Of a DNA stretch of 64,000 nt, positions 48,725-58,871 are shown one piece after another. The notes below the pieces were generated by a model. It was not told the DNA's origin, did not search any database, and saw nothing but the letters and a program-made list of their open reading frames with translations. Position 1 is the first letter of the stretch. The number at the start of each line of letters is the position of its first letter. Both the position numbers and the translations under genes were made by a program. Origin of the DNA: an uncultured Candidatus Binatia bacterium (lineage in GTDB: Bacteria > Desulfobacterota > Binatia > UBA9968 > JAJDTQ01); contig OZ243916.1 in assembly GCA_965213675.1 (NCBI GenBank), positions 1,888,001 through 1,952,000 of the forward strand. The letters run 5' to 3'.

Positions 48725-49126
48725 CTATTTCTTCTTTGGAGCTGGAATCGTCAGCTTCGCGCTGGCCAGGGTTTTCCCGTCACCGTCCACCAGCATGACC
48801 TCGTGATCGCCCGGCTTCAGCAGGCGCTTGATGGTCCGGCCCCGGATGCCCCAAGTCGTGGCGACCATGCCCTTGTCGTCGGCCTTCTCAACGGCGGGCT
48901 TTACCAGAAAGCTCACATCCGAAAGGACGCCGCCCATCATCGTCCGGATCCCCACCTCTTGGCCCGCCTTCAAGCCTTCAGCGGAGATCTTGACCTGCAG
49001 CCGGCCCTTCTTCGTATCGCCCACGTCCACCATCAGCTTGGGGCCCATTGCCATGGCGACGGTGGACAACAGGAACAACGCTCCCAAGACCGTGGCCAAA
49101 CCAACTAACCTTTTCTTCGCAACCAT
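48725..49126 (-). CDS. Hypothetical exported basic protein
   Basis: Signal peptide (MVAKKR, hydrophobic core, AMA), GGAGG RBS, beta-strand-rich mature part. Confidence 0.75.
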   Translation of the reverse strand: MVAKKRLVGLATVLGALFLLSTVAMAMGPKLMVDVGDTKKGRLQVKISAEGLKAGQEVGIRTMMGGVLSDVSFLVKPAVEKADDKGMVATTWGIRGRTIKRLLKPGDHEVMLVDGDGKTLASAKLTIPAPKKK

Positions 49127-49172
49127 ATGCTACCTCCCTTTGGTTATTTCTTCCGCTGATCCAGACGGCCTG

Positions 49173-49202
49173 TTTATACGTAAACCGCGCGGCAAATGTC
49201 AA
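49173..49202 (-). promoter_or_regulatory. Putative sigma70 promoter
   Basis: TTGACA-N18-TATAAA. Confidence 0.6.
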
Positions 49203-49235
49203 GAGTCCCCGCAACCGAACTTTGACGGTCCTCTA

Positions 49236-49775
49236 TCATATCGGCACCAGGCTCGACAAGTGACGCTCCACCAGTCCGAGGATGAACGCCTGCGGGCCGT
49301 CGATCAAGCCCGGCGGCCAGGGGATGTGCAGCACCATCTCGAACACCCCGACCATGAACGCCATCATCACCACCATGTAGCTGACCGCCACCTTCCAGGA
49401 CTCGCCCGCCTGCAGCCTCAGGTAGAGGAGCAGGAAGAGCGGCACGCTCAGGATGAAGCCGATGATCCAGATGCAGGCATAGAGGCCGAAGATCCACGCG
49501 AAGATGTTCACCGCGCGCTTGATCACCACCGCCACCGGCACGCTGCGGTCCACCGGCAGGTCCATCACCCCGGCGAGATCCTCGTCCTCATTCCTGTTGC
49601 GGAAGAGGTCCAGGCCCAGTTGCAGGAAACACAGGATCATGGTGGGGATGCCGATGCTCCAGGGGAACAGCCGCGCCTGAAACTGCCACTGCTTGGCGGT
49701 CAACACCAGCCCCACCATCAGAGTGAGGATGAAGACGGTGAACAGCGCCCCGGGATTGACCAGCTTAAACTTCAT
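49236..49775 (-). CDS. tctB: TctB-family small membrane subunit
   Basis: 4-5 TM segments, ARLFP, C-terminal LHIPWPPG; overlaps tctA. Confidence 0.85.
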   Translation of the reverse strand: MKFKLVNPGALFTVFILTLMVGLVLTAKQWQFQARLFPWSIGIPTMILCFLQLGLDLFRNRNEDEDLAGVMDLPVDRSVPVAVVIKRAVNIFAWIFGLYACIWIIGFILSVPLFLLLYLRLQAGESWKVAVSYMVVMMAFMVGVFEMVLHIPWPPGLIDGPQAFILGLVERHLSSLVPI

Positions 49776-51297
49776 CGGTGTCCCCGCTTCTCTCGTGATC
49801 CACCTGCGTGTCCCGTTTCTGCTGCAGCTCGCGTTGCTTGCGGGCGTTGCGCACGCCGTAATACAGGCTGACGGCAATGAGCACCGCCACGATCAACACG
49901 ATGGGGCGGCCCATCCACGCGGCGCCGTAACGGCTGACGGAAATGAAGAGGTAGTTCTCGATGATGCCGCTCAGGACAAGCCCGAGGATCAGCGGCGGCC
50001 GCGGCCAGCCGAACCGTTTCATGAGCCAGCCCAGCAGCGAGAAGAACAGGAGCGACCACAGATCGCCGTAGTGCCGCGTGGCCTGAAACGACGCCAGGAA
50101 GACGATCACCACCACCAGCGGGGTCAGCAGGTTGATGCGCACCATGGCGATCTTTGCCAGGGTGTTGGTCAACAGCATGCACAGCACCGTGCCGAAGATG
50201 TTGGCGACGGCCAGACTCCAGATCATCGTGTAGGTGACCGCCAGGTCCTTGGTGAGCATGGCCGAGCCGGGGGTCAGTCCCTGGATGGTCATGGCGCCGA
50301 GCAGCAGCGCCATGGACGCGCTGCCGGGCACGCCGAAGGCGATGGTGGGGATCAGCGCCCCGCCCTCCTTGGCGTTGTTGGCGGCCTCCGGCGCCAGCAC
50401 GCCACGCACGTCGCCGGTGCCGAAGGTCTCGTTGGCGCCCTTTTCCGTCTGGATGGCGTGGCCGTAGGCGAACCAGTCCACCACCGACGCGCCCAGCCCG
50501 GGAATGGCCCCCACGAACACTCCCACCACACCGCAGCGCACCACCAGGAACCAGTTGCGGAACGTGTCACGGATTCCCGACATGACCCCGACGAGCCGTT
50601 CCTTGGGCACGTCGGCAATGCGTGTCCCGCGAATGGTGAGGTCGACGATCTCGGGGATGGCGAAGATTCCCAGAGCCACCGGGACCAGCGGCACGCCGTC
50701 CCACAGATAGAGCTGGCCGAAGACCCAGCGCAGCACGCCGGTCTGCGGGTCCATTCCCACCATGCCCACGCACAGGCCCAGGGCGCCGGCGATGAGCCCC
50801 TTCACGGGGGCGTTGCCGCTGAGCACCGCCACCATGGAGATGCCCAGGAAACCCAGCATGAAGAACTCCGGGGAACCGAACGCGAGCACGATGGGGCGCA
50901 GCACCGGGATGGACAGCGCCAGCACCAGCGAGCCGAAGACGCCGCCGATGAGCGACGCCATGTAAGCGGCGCCGAAGGCGCGCCCGGCTTCGCCCTTCTT
51001 GGCCATGGGATGGCCGTCGAGGATGGTGGCCTGGGACGCGGAGGTGCCGGGAACGCCGAAGAGAACCGAGGGGATGGTGTCCGAGGTGCTCGTCACCGAG
51101 ATCAGGCCGATCATGATGGCGAACGCCTCGAAGGAGTCCATGTCGAACGTGAAGGGCAGCAGGATGGCAAGGCCTACGAGACCGCCGAGGCCGGGGATCG
51201 CCCCCAGGGCCAGCCCCATGAACACCCCGACGAACAGATACCCCAACCGGGTCGGAACCAGGAGGTTCTCAAATGCCACGGTGGCGGCTTCCCACAT
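49765..51297 (-). CDS. tctA: TctA-family tripartite tricarboxylate transporter permease
   Basis: GAIPGLG, GVPGT...DGHPMAKKGE, APEAANNA, FGVPGS. Confidence 0.93.
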   Translation of the reverse strand: MWEAATVAFENLLVPTRLGYLFVGVFMGLALGAIPGLGGLVGLAILLPFTFDMDSFEAFAIMIGLISVTSTSDTIPSVLFGVPGTSASQATILDGHPMAKKGEAGRAFGAAYMASLIGGVFGSLVLALSIPVLRPIVLAFGSPEFFMLGFLGISMVAVLSGNAPVKGLIAGALGLCVGMVGMDPQTGVLRWVFGQLYLWDGVPLVPVALGIFAIPEIVDLTIRGTRIADVPKERLVGVMSGIRDTFRNWFLVVRCGVVGVFVGAIPGLGASVVDWFAYGHAIQTEKGANETFGTGDVRGVLAPEAANNAKEGGALIPTIAFGVPGSASMALLLGAMTIQGLTPGSAMLTKDLAVTYTMIWSLAVANIFGTVLCMLLTNTLAKIAMVRINLLTPLVVVIVFLASFQATRHYGDLWSLLFFSLLGWLMKRFGWPRPPLILGLVLSGIIENYLFISVSRYGAAWMGRPIVLIVAVLIAVSLYYGVRNARKQRELQQKRDTQVDHERSGDTDEV

Positions 51298-51331
51298 AGG
51301 AACTCCCTTCTGCCCCTACGAAATCCACAGG

Positions 51332-51360
51332 GGTATATCCATGTCCGGGAGGGCTGTCAA
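51332..51360 (-). promoter_or_regulatory. Putative sigma70 promoter of tctAB
   Basis: TTGACA-N17-TATACC. Confidence 0.6.
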
Positions 51361-51719
51361 GGCTGTGGCGTCCGACGACGGAATGGATGACGGGACAAAC
51401 CCACCCTGCCGATTCGTACAGAACCCGGAGGCTCGGACGGCGCCCTTCCGGCGAAGCGAGGCCTCGAAGGGATAAAACGAACCCCATCCGGCCTCGATGC
51501 CGATGCCCGGCCAGCGTGAAATCGTCCTGGAGTGGATCGTCGCGCCCGTTGCGGGATCACGGGAAACCGACTAATCTCCCGTAGCTGCAACTCGACGGTC
51601 TCACGACACGGCGCCGCTTGTCAACAGGTCGAAGCCCGGGGGGCGCACCGTGCCGGCGAGCCCGCGGATTCGGAAACGTGTGTCCACACTGAAAACCACA
51701 CCCTGAAAGGATCGTTACC

Positions 51720-52628
51720 ATGGGAAACATCGGCATGTGCTTTGTCAACCCGGCTCCGCAGATCGACCCCGGCTTCGTCACCGCCATGGCGCGGAAATGC
51801 GATGAGGGCGGCCTGCATTCGTTCTGGACCATCGACCGCATTGCCTACGACAATCTGGAAGCCCTGACCGTGCTCGCCGCCGCCGCGGGGGCTACCCAGC
51901 GCGTCCGGCTGGGAACCTCGGTGCTGCTGTCGGCGCTGCGCCATCCCGCGCTCCTGGCCAAGACCGTGGCCACCCTCGATTTCCTGTCCAACGGCCGCGT
52001 GACCCTGGGCATCGGCTTCGGCAGCCGCGAGAACGACTTCACCTCGGTGGAGGTGCCGTGGGAGCACCGCGGCAGCCGGGCGGAGGAATCCCTCAAACTC
52101 ATGAAACGCCTGTGGACCGAGGAAGCGGTGGAGCACCATGGCCGCTACTTCGACCTCCACAGCACACGCTTCGGTCCGAAGACGGTTCAGTCACCGCACC
52201 CGCCCATCTGGATGGGGGGCGGCGCCGAGTCCGTTCTGAAACGCGTGGGCCGGCACGCCGACGGCTACATCTGCGGCAGCAGCGCGGTGCACAACTTCGA
52301 CGCGGTGTGGGAGAAGATCAGCGGCCACGCCCGCGCCGCCGGCCGGAGCCCCGACGACATCGAGAAGGCCGGCCTTACCTTCATCGCTCTCGACGACGAC
52401 AAGAGCAAGGCGGTGGAGGCGTGCAGCAACTACCTGATCCGCTACTACGGCAGCGTGCGCATGGACGTGGAGAAGTACATGCTGGTGGGCAGCGCCAACG
52501 CGTGCGCCGACGGCATCAACCGCATCTTCGCCCGCGGCTTGCAGACCCTCATCATCGGCCTCGCCATCTCCGACCTGAAGCAACTGGATACGTTCGTCGA
52601 GAAGGTGATGCCGCAGGTGGAAGGCTAG
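51720..52628 (+). CDS. LLM-class flavin-dependent oxidoreductase
   Basis: RVRLGTSVL, LAKTVATLDFLSNGR, PHPPIWMGG. Confidence 0.92.
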   Translation: MGNIGMCFVNPAPQIDPGFVTAMARKCDEGGLHSFWTIDRIAYDNLEALTVLAAAAGATQRVRLGTSVLLSALRHPALLAKTVATLDFLSNGRVTLGIGFGSRENDFTSVEVPWEHRGSRAEESLKLMKRLWTEEAVEHHGRYFDLHSTRFGPKTVQSPHPPIWMGGGAESVLKRVGRHADGYICGSSAVHNFDAVWEKISGHARAAGRSPDDIEKAGLTFIALDDDKSKAVEACSNYLIRYYGSVRMDVEKYMLVGSANACADGINRIFARGLQTLIIGLAISDLKQLDTFVEKVMPQVEG

Positions 52629-52657
52629 CCGCCTCGGACACTCAGCCGCCTCGGACG

Positions 52658-52682
52658 GGGGCGACCGGCCGGTCGCCCCTAC
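52658..52682. repeat. GTAG-type REP
   Basis: ggggcgaccggccggtcgcccctac between convergent genes. Confidence 0.8.
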
Positions 52683-52718
52683 GGGACCCTGCCTGGACGG
52701 AATGAAGCAACCACGACG

Positions 52719-53339
52719 TCACAGCGGCGCCGGTGTCTCGAAATCACTGATGTAGGGGAGCTTGCCGGCGGTCTGCGCGACCTCGTCCAGGTTGTTGAGC
52801 AACAGCGTGGTCGAGTCCCATGTCCCCGTGGTGAGGGCGTTGCGATGGCCGTCGCTGATGTCCAGGTCGATGTCGCTGCCATCGGGCATGCGCACCTTGC
52901 GGGCTTCCAGATCCACCGTGAGTTCCGCCGTGGGGTCGCTCTCCACCAGCGCCATGAGCTTGCCGGCGTCCTCGGACGACACCATCACCGTGGGCATGCC
53001 CAGCAACACGCTGCTGCCGGCGAATATCGGGCCGAAGGATTCGCCGATGATGACGCGGATGCCCCAGCGGTACAGCGCCTGGGGCGCGTGCTCGCGCGAC
53101 GACCCGCAGCCGAAGTTGCGGTTCACCACCAGGACCTCGGCGCCCTGGAAGCGCGCCTCGTTGAATGGGTGGTCGACCGTTCCGCCGCCGGCGTCGTAGC
53201 GCTCGTCGAAGAACGGGTACTCGCCCATCCTGTTGAAGGTAATTTCCTTGAGGTAGCGGGCCGGGACGATGCGGTCGGTGTCGATGTCGTGGCCCCGCAC
53301 CACCACGGCTCTGCCGCTTACCTGCTTGATCTCGTTCAT
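52719..53339 (-). CDS. leuD: 3-isopropylmalate dehydratase small subunit
   Basis: DIDTDRIVPARYL, NFGCGSSREHAP. Confidence 0.96.
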   Translation of the reverse strand: MNEIKQVSGRAVVVRGHDIDTDRIVPARYLKEITFNRMGEYPFFDERYDAGGGTVDHPFNEARFQGAEVLVVNRNFGCGSSREHAPQALYRWGIRVIIGESFGPIFAGSSVLLGMPTVMVSSEDAGKLMALVESDPTAELTVDLEARKVRMPDGSDIDLDISDGHRNALTTGTWDSTTLLLNNLDEVAQTAGKLPYISDFETPAPL

Positions 53340-53358
53340 GACAACCTCGGTCCGTTGA

Positions 53359-54756
53359 TCAGTTGTAGTGGCGTACGTCCACGACCTTGCCGTTCAGGGC
53401 GGCGGCGGCCACCATGGCGGGACTCATCAGCAGGGTGCGCCCTTCCGGGCTCCCCTGGCGGCCGATGAAGTTGCGGTTGGACGAGGAGGCGCACACCTCC
53501 CGGCCGTTGAGCTTGTCCGGGTTCATGGCCAGGCACATGGAGCATCCGGCCTCGCGCCACTGAAAGCCCGCTTCGGTGAACACACGGTCGAGACCCGCGG
53601 CCTCGGCCTGCTTCTTGACGTCCACGGAGCCGGGCACCACCAGCGCCTTGACCCCGTCGGCCACGCGCCCTCCCTTGGCGACCCGCGCCGCGGCCATCAG
53701 GTCCGAGAGCCGCGAATTGGTGCATGAACCGATGAACGCCACGTCGATGGGAGTTCCGAGAATCGGCGCGCCCGGCTCCCAGCCCATGTGCGCGTACGCC
53801 CTCTCCACGCTCTTGGGGTCGGTCAACTCCTCCGGGCGCGGCAGGTTCTCCAGCACCCCCACCGCCTGGCCGGGATTGATGCCCCAGGTGACCGTAGGCT
53901 CGATGGCGGAGCCGTCGATGTCCACGACATCGTCATAGGTTGCGTCGGGATCCGACGCCATGGAGCGCCAGTAGGCCACCGCGCGGTTGAAGGCCTCGCC
54001 CTTGGGCGCGAACGGCCGACCGGCGACGTAGTCGCAAGTGGTCTGATCGGGATTGACGTAACCCACGAGCGCGCCGCCCTCGATGCTCATGTTGCACACG
54101 GTCATGCGCTCTTCCATATTCATCCGGTCGAGCACCTCCCCACCGTATTCGTAGGCGTAGCCCTTGCCGCCGCCGACCCCGAGTTGCCGGATGATGGTGA
54201 GGATCACGTCCTTGGCATGAACGCCCACCGGGAGCTGGCCGTTGACGTTGATGCGCCGCACCTTGAGCCGGTCCATGGCCAGTGTCTGCGTGGCGAGCAC
54301 GTCCCGCACCTGGCTGGTGCCGATGCCGAACGCCAAAGTGCCGAAAGCCCCGTGGGTGCTCGTATGGCTGTCGCCGCACGCCAGCGTCATCCCCGGCTGG
54401 GTCAAACCCAACTGCGGGCCGATGACATGGACGATGCCCTGACGGTCGCTGTCCAGGCCGTAGAACTCGATGCCGAAATCCCGGACGTTCCTTTCCAGCG
54501 CGGCGGTCATGGCCTCGGCCTGCTCGTCGGCAAACGGCCGCACCTGCATGTCCGTCGGAACGACATGATCGACGGTGGAAAAGGTGCGCTCGGGATAGGC
54601 GATGGGAAGCCCGCGCTCCCGCAACATGTCGAAAGCCTGCGGGGTGGTGACCTCGTGGACCAGATGCAGACCGATGAAGAGCTGCGTCTGTCCGGTCGGA
54701 AGCGTGGTCACCGCATGGGACTCCCAGACCTTGTCATAGAGTGTGCGTTCGGACAT
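53359..54756 (-). CDS. leuC: 3-isopropylmalate dehydratase large subunit
   Basis: [46 protein letters not shown]. Confidence 0.97.
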   Translation of the reverse strand: MSERTLYDKVWESHAVTTLPTGQTQLFIGLHLVHEVTTPQAFDMLRERGLPIAYPERTFSTVDHVVPTDMQVRPFADEQAEAMTAALERNVRDFGIEFYGLDSDRQGIVHVIGPQLGLTQPGMTLACGDSHTSTHGAFGTLAFGIGTSQVRDVLATQTLAMDRLKVRRINVNGQLPVGVHAKDVILTIIRQLGVGGGKGYAYEYGGEVLDRMNMEERMTVCNMSIEGGALVGYVNPDQTTCDYVAGRPFAPKGEAFNRAVAYWRSMASDPDATYDDVVDIDGSAIEPTVTWGINPGQAVGVLENLPRPEELTDPKSVERAYAHMGWEPGAPILGTPIDVAFIGSCTNSRLSDLMAAARVAKGGRVADGVKALVVPGSVDVKKQAEAAGLDRVFTEAGFQWREAGCSMCLAMNPDKLNGREVCASSSNRNFIGRQGSPEGRTLLMSPAMVAAAALNGKVVDVRHYN

Positions 54757-54782
54757 GGCTGCATGTTCTCCTTTGGCGGCAA

Positions 54783-54811
54783 TTTATAGCCAGCGACCCG
54801 GGCGAATTCAA
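54783..54811 (-). promoter_or_regulatory. Putative sigma70 promoter of leuCD
   Basis: TTGAAT-N17-TATAAA. Confidence 0.6.
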
Positions 54812-54882
54812 GCAAGGGACCTTGCCGCCATCCCACGGCGATGGTCCCGAAGACCAACCCGGTCGCAAGGGGTGCGGGTGCG

Positions 54883-56850
54883 TTACACCCGGCCAGGCGC
54901 CAAGGCCCGCAGGCCCCACGCGGCGGCCAACAGGACCACGCCTGCCACCTTCAGCCACCAGATCAGCGGCAACAGGAAACACACGGCCGCGGCCAGGAAC
55001 ACCGCCTTGCGCCACGGTTCCACGCTCCCCGCCAGGTAGTCGACCCCCTGAATGGCGACGGCGAGCGCCGCGTAGCCCAACAGGTAGCTGACTGCGGCCG
55101 CGGTGATTTCCAGTGCCGTGCCGTGCAGCAGCAGTTCCGGAACATAGACGAAACTGAACGGGATCAGCATCAGGGTCGTGCCGAACTTCAAGGCCGCGAA
55201 ACCGGTCTTCATCGGATCCGCACCCGCGATGGCCGCACCCGCGAAGGCAGAGACGCAGACCGGTGGCGTGATATTGGACAGGCACGCCGCGTAGAACACC
55301 ACCAGATGGGCCGGCACCTCGGGCACGCCGAGTTGCACCAGGGCTGGGGCCGCGACCACGGCAAGGATGATGTAGGAGCCCGTCGTGCTGCTGCCCATGC
55401 CGATGATCACGGATATGACCGTAACCAGGGCCACCGTCAAAAGAAGATTGCCGCCCGCGAATTCCACCAGCACGGCGGAAAACTTGAGCCCCAGACCAGC
55501 CAGGATAATACCGCCGATGATCACACCCAGGCTGCCGATGGCCGCGCCCGCGGACGTGTTGGAATGGGCCCCGGAGACCATGCCCCGGAAAATATCGCGC
55601 GGCTTCATTGCCGTATCCTTGCGCAGCCACGACAGGCCCATCGTCGAGATAATGCCCCAGAACGCCCCCAGGTCCGGGGAAAACCCTTTAAACAGCAGCG
55701 TCACCACCACCACCAGGGGAATGAAGAAATGCCAGCCCCGGCGCACCACCTCCCGGATCCTCGGCACTTCATCCGCCGGCATTCCCTTGATGCCCGTGCG
55801 GACCGCCTCCAGATCGACCATCAGCAGGACAAAGAAAAAGAACAGGACCGCCGGAATCACGTTCATGACCGCAATTTCGAGGTAGCCGGTCTGAGTCAGG
55901 GTCGCCAGAATGAACACACCCGCACCCATGATGGGCGGCATGATCTGACCGCCGGTGGATGCAATGGCCTCGATGGCCCCCGCGTGGTGGGGTCTGAAAC
56001 CGATCTTTTTCATCATCGGGATAGTGAACGCGCCGGACGCCACTACGTTGGCCACCGATGAGCCCGAAATGGAACCGAACAACGCCGAACTGACCGTGGC
56101 GATCTTGGCGGGGCCGCCGCGCCACTTGCCCGTAAGCGCCGTGGCCAGATCCATGAAAAAGGTCCCGGCGCCGCTGCGCTCCAGGAATGCGCCGAAGATC
56201 ATGAACGGAAAAACGAACGTGGCGAAGGTCGCCGTGACGACCCCGAACATGGCCTCCTGGGTGGAGAACGTGAATTCGACGATGCGATCCACCGGCAGGC
56301 CGGAATGGCTGAGTTTCCCGGGGAGGTGGGGCCCGTAGTAGAGCTGCAGAAGAAAGATCAGGGCGATGATCGGAATGGCAGGTCCCAGCACGCGCCGGCT
56401 GGTTTCCAGCACCACCACGATGGCGGCGATCCCCATGATGAAGTCCCACCGGCTGGGATCGCTCACGCGGAACATCGCGTAAGGCACGTACTGGTCCATC
56501 CAATAGCCGATGGACGCCACCGCCATGATTATCAGGACGCCATCGATGACGCTGGGCCGGTGCCCCGGCGCGCGCGCATGGGCCGGGAAGCGGATGAATA
56601 CGAGCACCGCCGTGAACAGGAGATAGAGCCCGCGGTTGGTCTCTGTCGAGACCAGGCCGAACCCCGACGTATACAGATACCAAAGGGAAAACAGGGCCGC
56701 GATCAAGTCGTAGGCAATGGCAAACGGCCCGGAAACCGTGCGGTGCCTACCCTGGATCGGGGCAAACCAAGACTCCCGGGCTGCCACCCTGTTTGTTCTC
56801 CTCCGCCTGATCGGGCTTGGTATGAAGAAGGAGCGGGCAGCCGCGGTCAT
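54883..56850 (-). CDS. TRAP transporter fused 4TM/12TM permease
   Basis: GGPAK, SISGSSVANV, ASTGGQIMPPIMG, NITPPVC. Confidence 0.93.
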   Translation of the reverse strand: MTAAARSFFIPSPIRRRRTNRVAARESWFAPIQGRHRTVSGPFAIAYDLIAALFSLWYLYTSGFGLVSTETNRGLYLLFTAVLVFIRFPAHARAPGHRPSVIDGVLIIMAVASIGYWMDQYVPYAMFRVSDPSRWDFIMGIAAIVVVLETSRRVLGPAIPIIALIFLLQLYYGPHLPGKLSHSGLPVDRIVEFTFSTQEAMFGVVTATFATFVFPFMIFGAFLERSGAGTFFMDLATALTGKWRGGPAKIATVSSALFGSISGSSVANVVASGAFTIPMMKKIGFRPHHAGAIEAIASTGGQIMPPIMGAGVFILATLTQTGYLEIAVMNVIPAVLFFFFVLLMVDLEAVRTGIKGMPADEVPRIREVVRRGWHFFIPLVVVVTLLFKGFSPDLGAFWGIISTMGLSWLRKDTAMKPRDIFRGMVSGAHSNTSAGAAIGSLGVIIGGIILAGLGLKFSAVLVEFAGGNLLLTVALVTVISVIIGMGSSTTGSYIILAVVAAPALVQLGVPEVPAHLVVFYAACLSNITPPVCVSAFAGAAIAGADPMKTGFAALKFGTTLMLIPFSFVYVPELLLHGTALEITAAAVSYLLGYAALAVAIQGVDYLAGSVEPWRKAVFLAAAVCFLLPLIWWLKVAGVVLLAAAWGLRALAPGRV

Positions 56851-56883
56851 CCCACGCGGCCGCCCGCCGGTATTGCCGGAAGG

Positions 56884-57840
56884 TTATTTGTCAAGCCCCT
56901 GGGACTTGTAGTAGGCCATGGCGCCGGGGTGCATGGGCACGCCCAAGGCCTCGAAGTTCTTGATGTCGGGCTCCATCTGCTTCCACGCCTTGTGGCCGGC
57001 GGCGAGCCGCTCGCGGATGTCGGCTTGATAGACCAGGTTCAATATGTCCTCGACGGCTTTCGCAGGAACCCGCTCGTGGGCCACCCAATAGACCGTCAGG
57101 AAGGGAAGGTCGAGCGCGGGGACGCCCTTGTAGGTGGTCGCCGGCATGGTGGACGGAACATAGAAGGGATACGTGGAAGTAATGGCCTTCATTTCCGACG
57201 CCGTGTAAGGCAACACCACCGCGCCTTTGGTCTCCGCCAATTCCTTTACCGCCGCAGCGGGCGCCGACGACTGGCAGAGCGCGTCGATCTGCCCATTGGC
57301 AAGCGCCCGACCTGCGTCCGCGAAGGTCATCATGCTGGGCTTCAGGCTGCTGAGAATGCCTGTCGCCCGCGCGATGTTGGAGCAGTTGAACACCGTCCCC
57401 GAGCCCGGCGGGCCGAGGGCCACTTTCTTGCCCTTCAAATCGGCGACGCTCTCGATCCCCGAACCTGGAAGGGTGACAAAGTAGGTCGGACCCTTGTAGG
57501 CCTTGGCGATGCCCCGGAACATCGTACCCTTGGCCCCGTCCTTGAACGGACCTTCGGGCTTCTGCGACATGAAAACGTGCGCACCATAGACGATGCCCAT
57601 GTCGAGTTCACCCTTGATGACGCGTTTGGCGTTCTCCGTGGAGCCGCCGGTGGTCACCTGAGTAATGTTGTATTGCGGCAACTTTTCCGAGATGATGGTG
57701 CCCGCAGCGCCGACCATGTAGTACATCACACCGCCCGGATTCGACCCGCCCCATGCGATGTTCTGCTTGCTTTGGGCGGCGGCAGGTGCTGCCCCGGCCA
57801 AAAGCAATGCGCCAACCCACAGTATTGCCAGTGCCTTCAT
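56884..57840 (-). CDS. TAXI-family TRAP solute-binding protein
   Basis: GGVMY, TGGSTEN, GPPGSG, VPMHPGAMAYY; GGAGG RBS. Confidence 0.93.
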   Translation of the reverse strand: MKALAILWVGALLLAGAAPAAAQSKQNIAWGGSNPGGVMYYMVGAAGTIISEKLPQYNITQVTTGGSTENAKRVIKGELDMGIVYGAHVFMSQKPEGPFKDGAKGTMFRGIAKAYKGPTYFVTLPGSGIESVADLKGKKVALGPPGSGTVFNCSNIARATGILSSLKPSMMTFADAGRALANGQIDALCQSSAPAAAVKELAETKGAVVLPYTASEMKAITSTYPFYVPSTMPATTYKGVPALDLPFLTVYWVAHERVPAKAVEDILNLVYQADIRERLAAGHKAWKQMEPDIKNFEALGVPMHPGAMAYYKSQGLDK

Positions 57841-57913
57841 GTGCGTACCTCCTGTTCTCCGGTCAGGTGGCCCTTTGGCCACAGTCGATCCATTCACGAT
57901 TGCAGTTGCTTAC

Positions 57914-58684
57914 TCATACCCAGCCGGCATTGCAAGGCGTCCCGCGGGGTTGGACGTAGCACACTTCCACCAGAAACAGTCCACGCGCCGGAGCGGTGGC
58001 GCCGGCCCGTCCGCGGTCGCGGCTCCGGAGCAACGCCGCGACACTGCCCGCCTCCCTCTCGCCGAGCCCCACCTCCACCAGCGTGCCGGCGATATTGCGC
58101 ACCATATGGCGCAGAAAGCCCGTGGCCTCGATACGGTAGACCCAATGATCCTCCCACTGGAACAAGGCGTTGCGGTAGACGCGCCGCACCGGCGTGACCG
58201 CGCCGCAGCCGGCGGCCCGGAACGCTGAGAAGTCGTGCTCCCCTTCCAGCGCGGGCAGCGCCGCGCGCATGGCATCCGTATCCAGGGGCCGTGTCACGTG
58301 CCACGCGTAGCGGTCATGGAACACCGACCGCCAGGGTTGGTTCCACAGCCGGTACTCGTAGACGCGCCGGCGCGCGTCCCGGCGGGCATCGAAGGAGGGG
58401 GCCGCTTTCGCAACCTCCTTCACCGCGATGTCGTCCGGGGTGAGGGCGTCGAGGCTTCGCCGAAGCCGCCACAGGTCCCTGTCGTCGGGGCAGGAGAAGT
58501 TCGCAACCTGGCCCAGCGCGTGCACGCCGGCATCGGTGCGTCCGGAACCATGAACGCGCACCGGCTCCTTGAGCAGCACTGCCAGCGCATCCTCCAGGAC
58601 GCCCTGGATCGTCGGCCCCTCGGGCTGAAGCTGCCACCCCCGGTAACGGGTGCCGTCGTATTGGAGGGTCAGTCGGACGTTCAT
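57914..58684 (-). CDS. truA: tRNA pseudouridine(38-40) synthase
   Basis: YDGTRYRGWQ, GRTDAGVHA, HDFSAF, FLRHMVR, TAPARGL. Confidence 0.96.
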   Translation of the reverse strand: MNVRLTLQYDGTRYRGWQLQPEGPTIQGVLEDALAVLLKEPVRVHGSGRTDAGVHALGQVANFSCPDDRDLWRLRRSLDALTPDDIAVKEVAKAAPSFDARRDARRRVYEYRLWNQPWRSVFHDRYAWHVTRPLDTDAMRAALPALEGEHDFSAFRAAGCGAVTPVRRVYRNALFQWEDHWVYRIEATGFLRHMVRNIAGTLVEVGLGEREAGSVAALLRSRDRGRAGATAPARGLFLVEVCYVQPRGTPCNAGWV

Positions 58685-58710
58685 GGAGCAGACGACCACC
58701 CACCGACCCC

Positions 58711-58761
58711 TGGACTCCCGCCCCCGATCAGGGTCGAGGGCAAGCTTTCGCGGGAATGACG
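58711..58761. repeat. Composite REP palindrome with 24-bp insert
   Basis: Reverse complement of the element at 22796-22843 with 2 differences. Confidence 0.85.
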
Positions 58762-58871
58762 AATTCGGGGGTCCTTGTCATTCCGTATCCGCGGGACGAT
58801 CTTGCACGATCGGTTCCGCGGAAGTGACGTACTTCAAAGGTATCCGCCTCATGCGCATCGAGACGGCGCGG

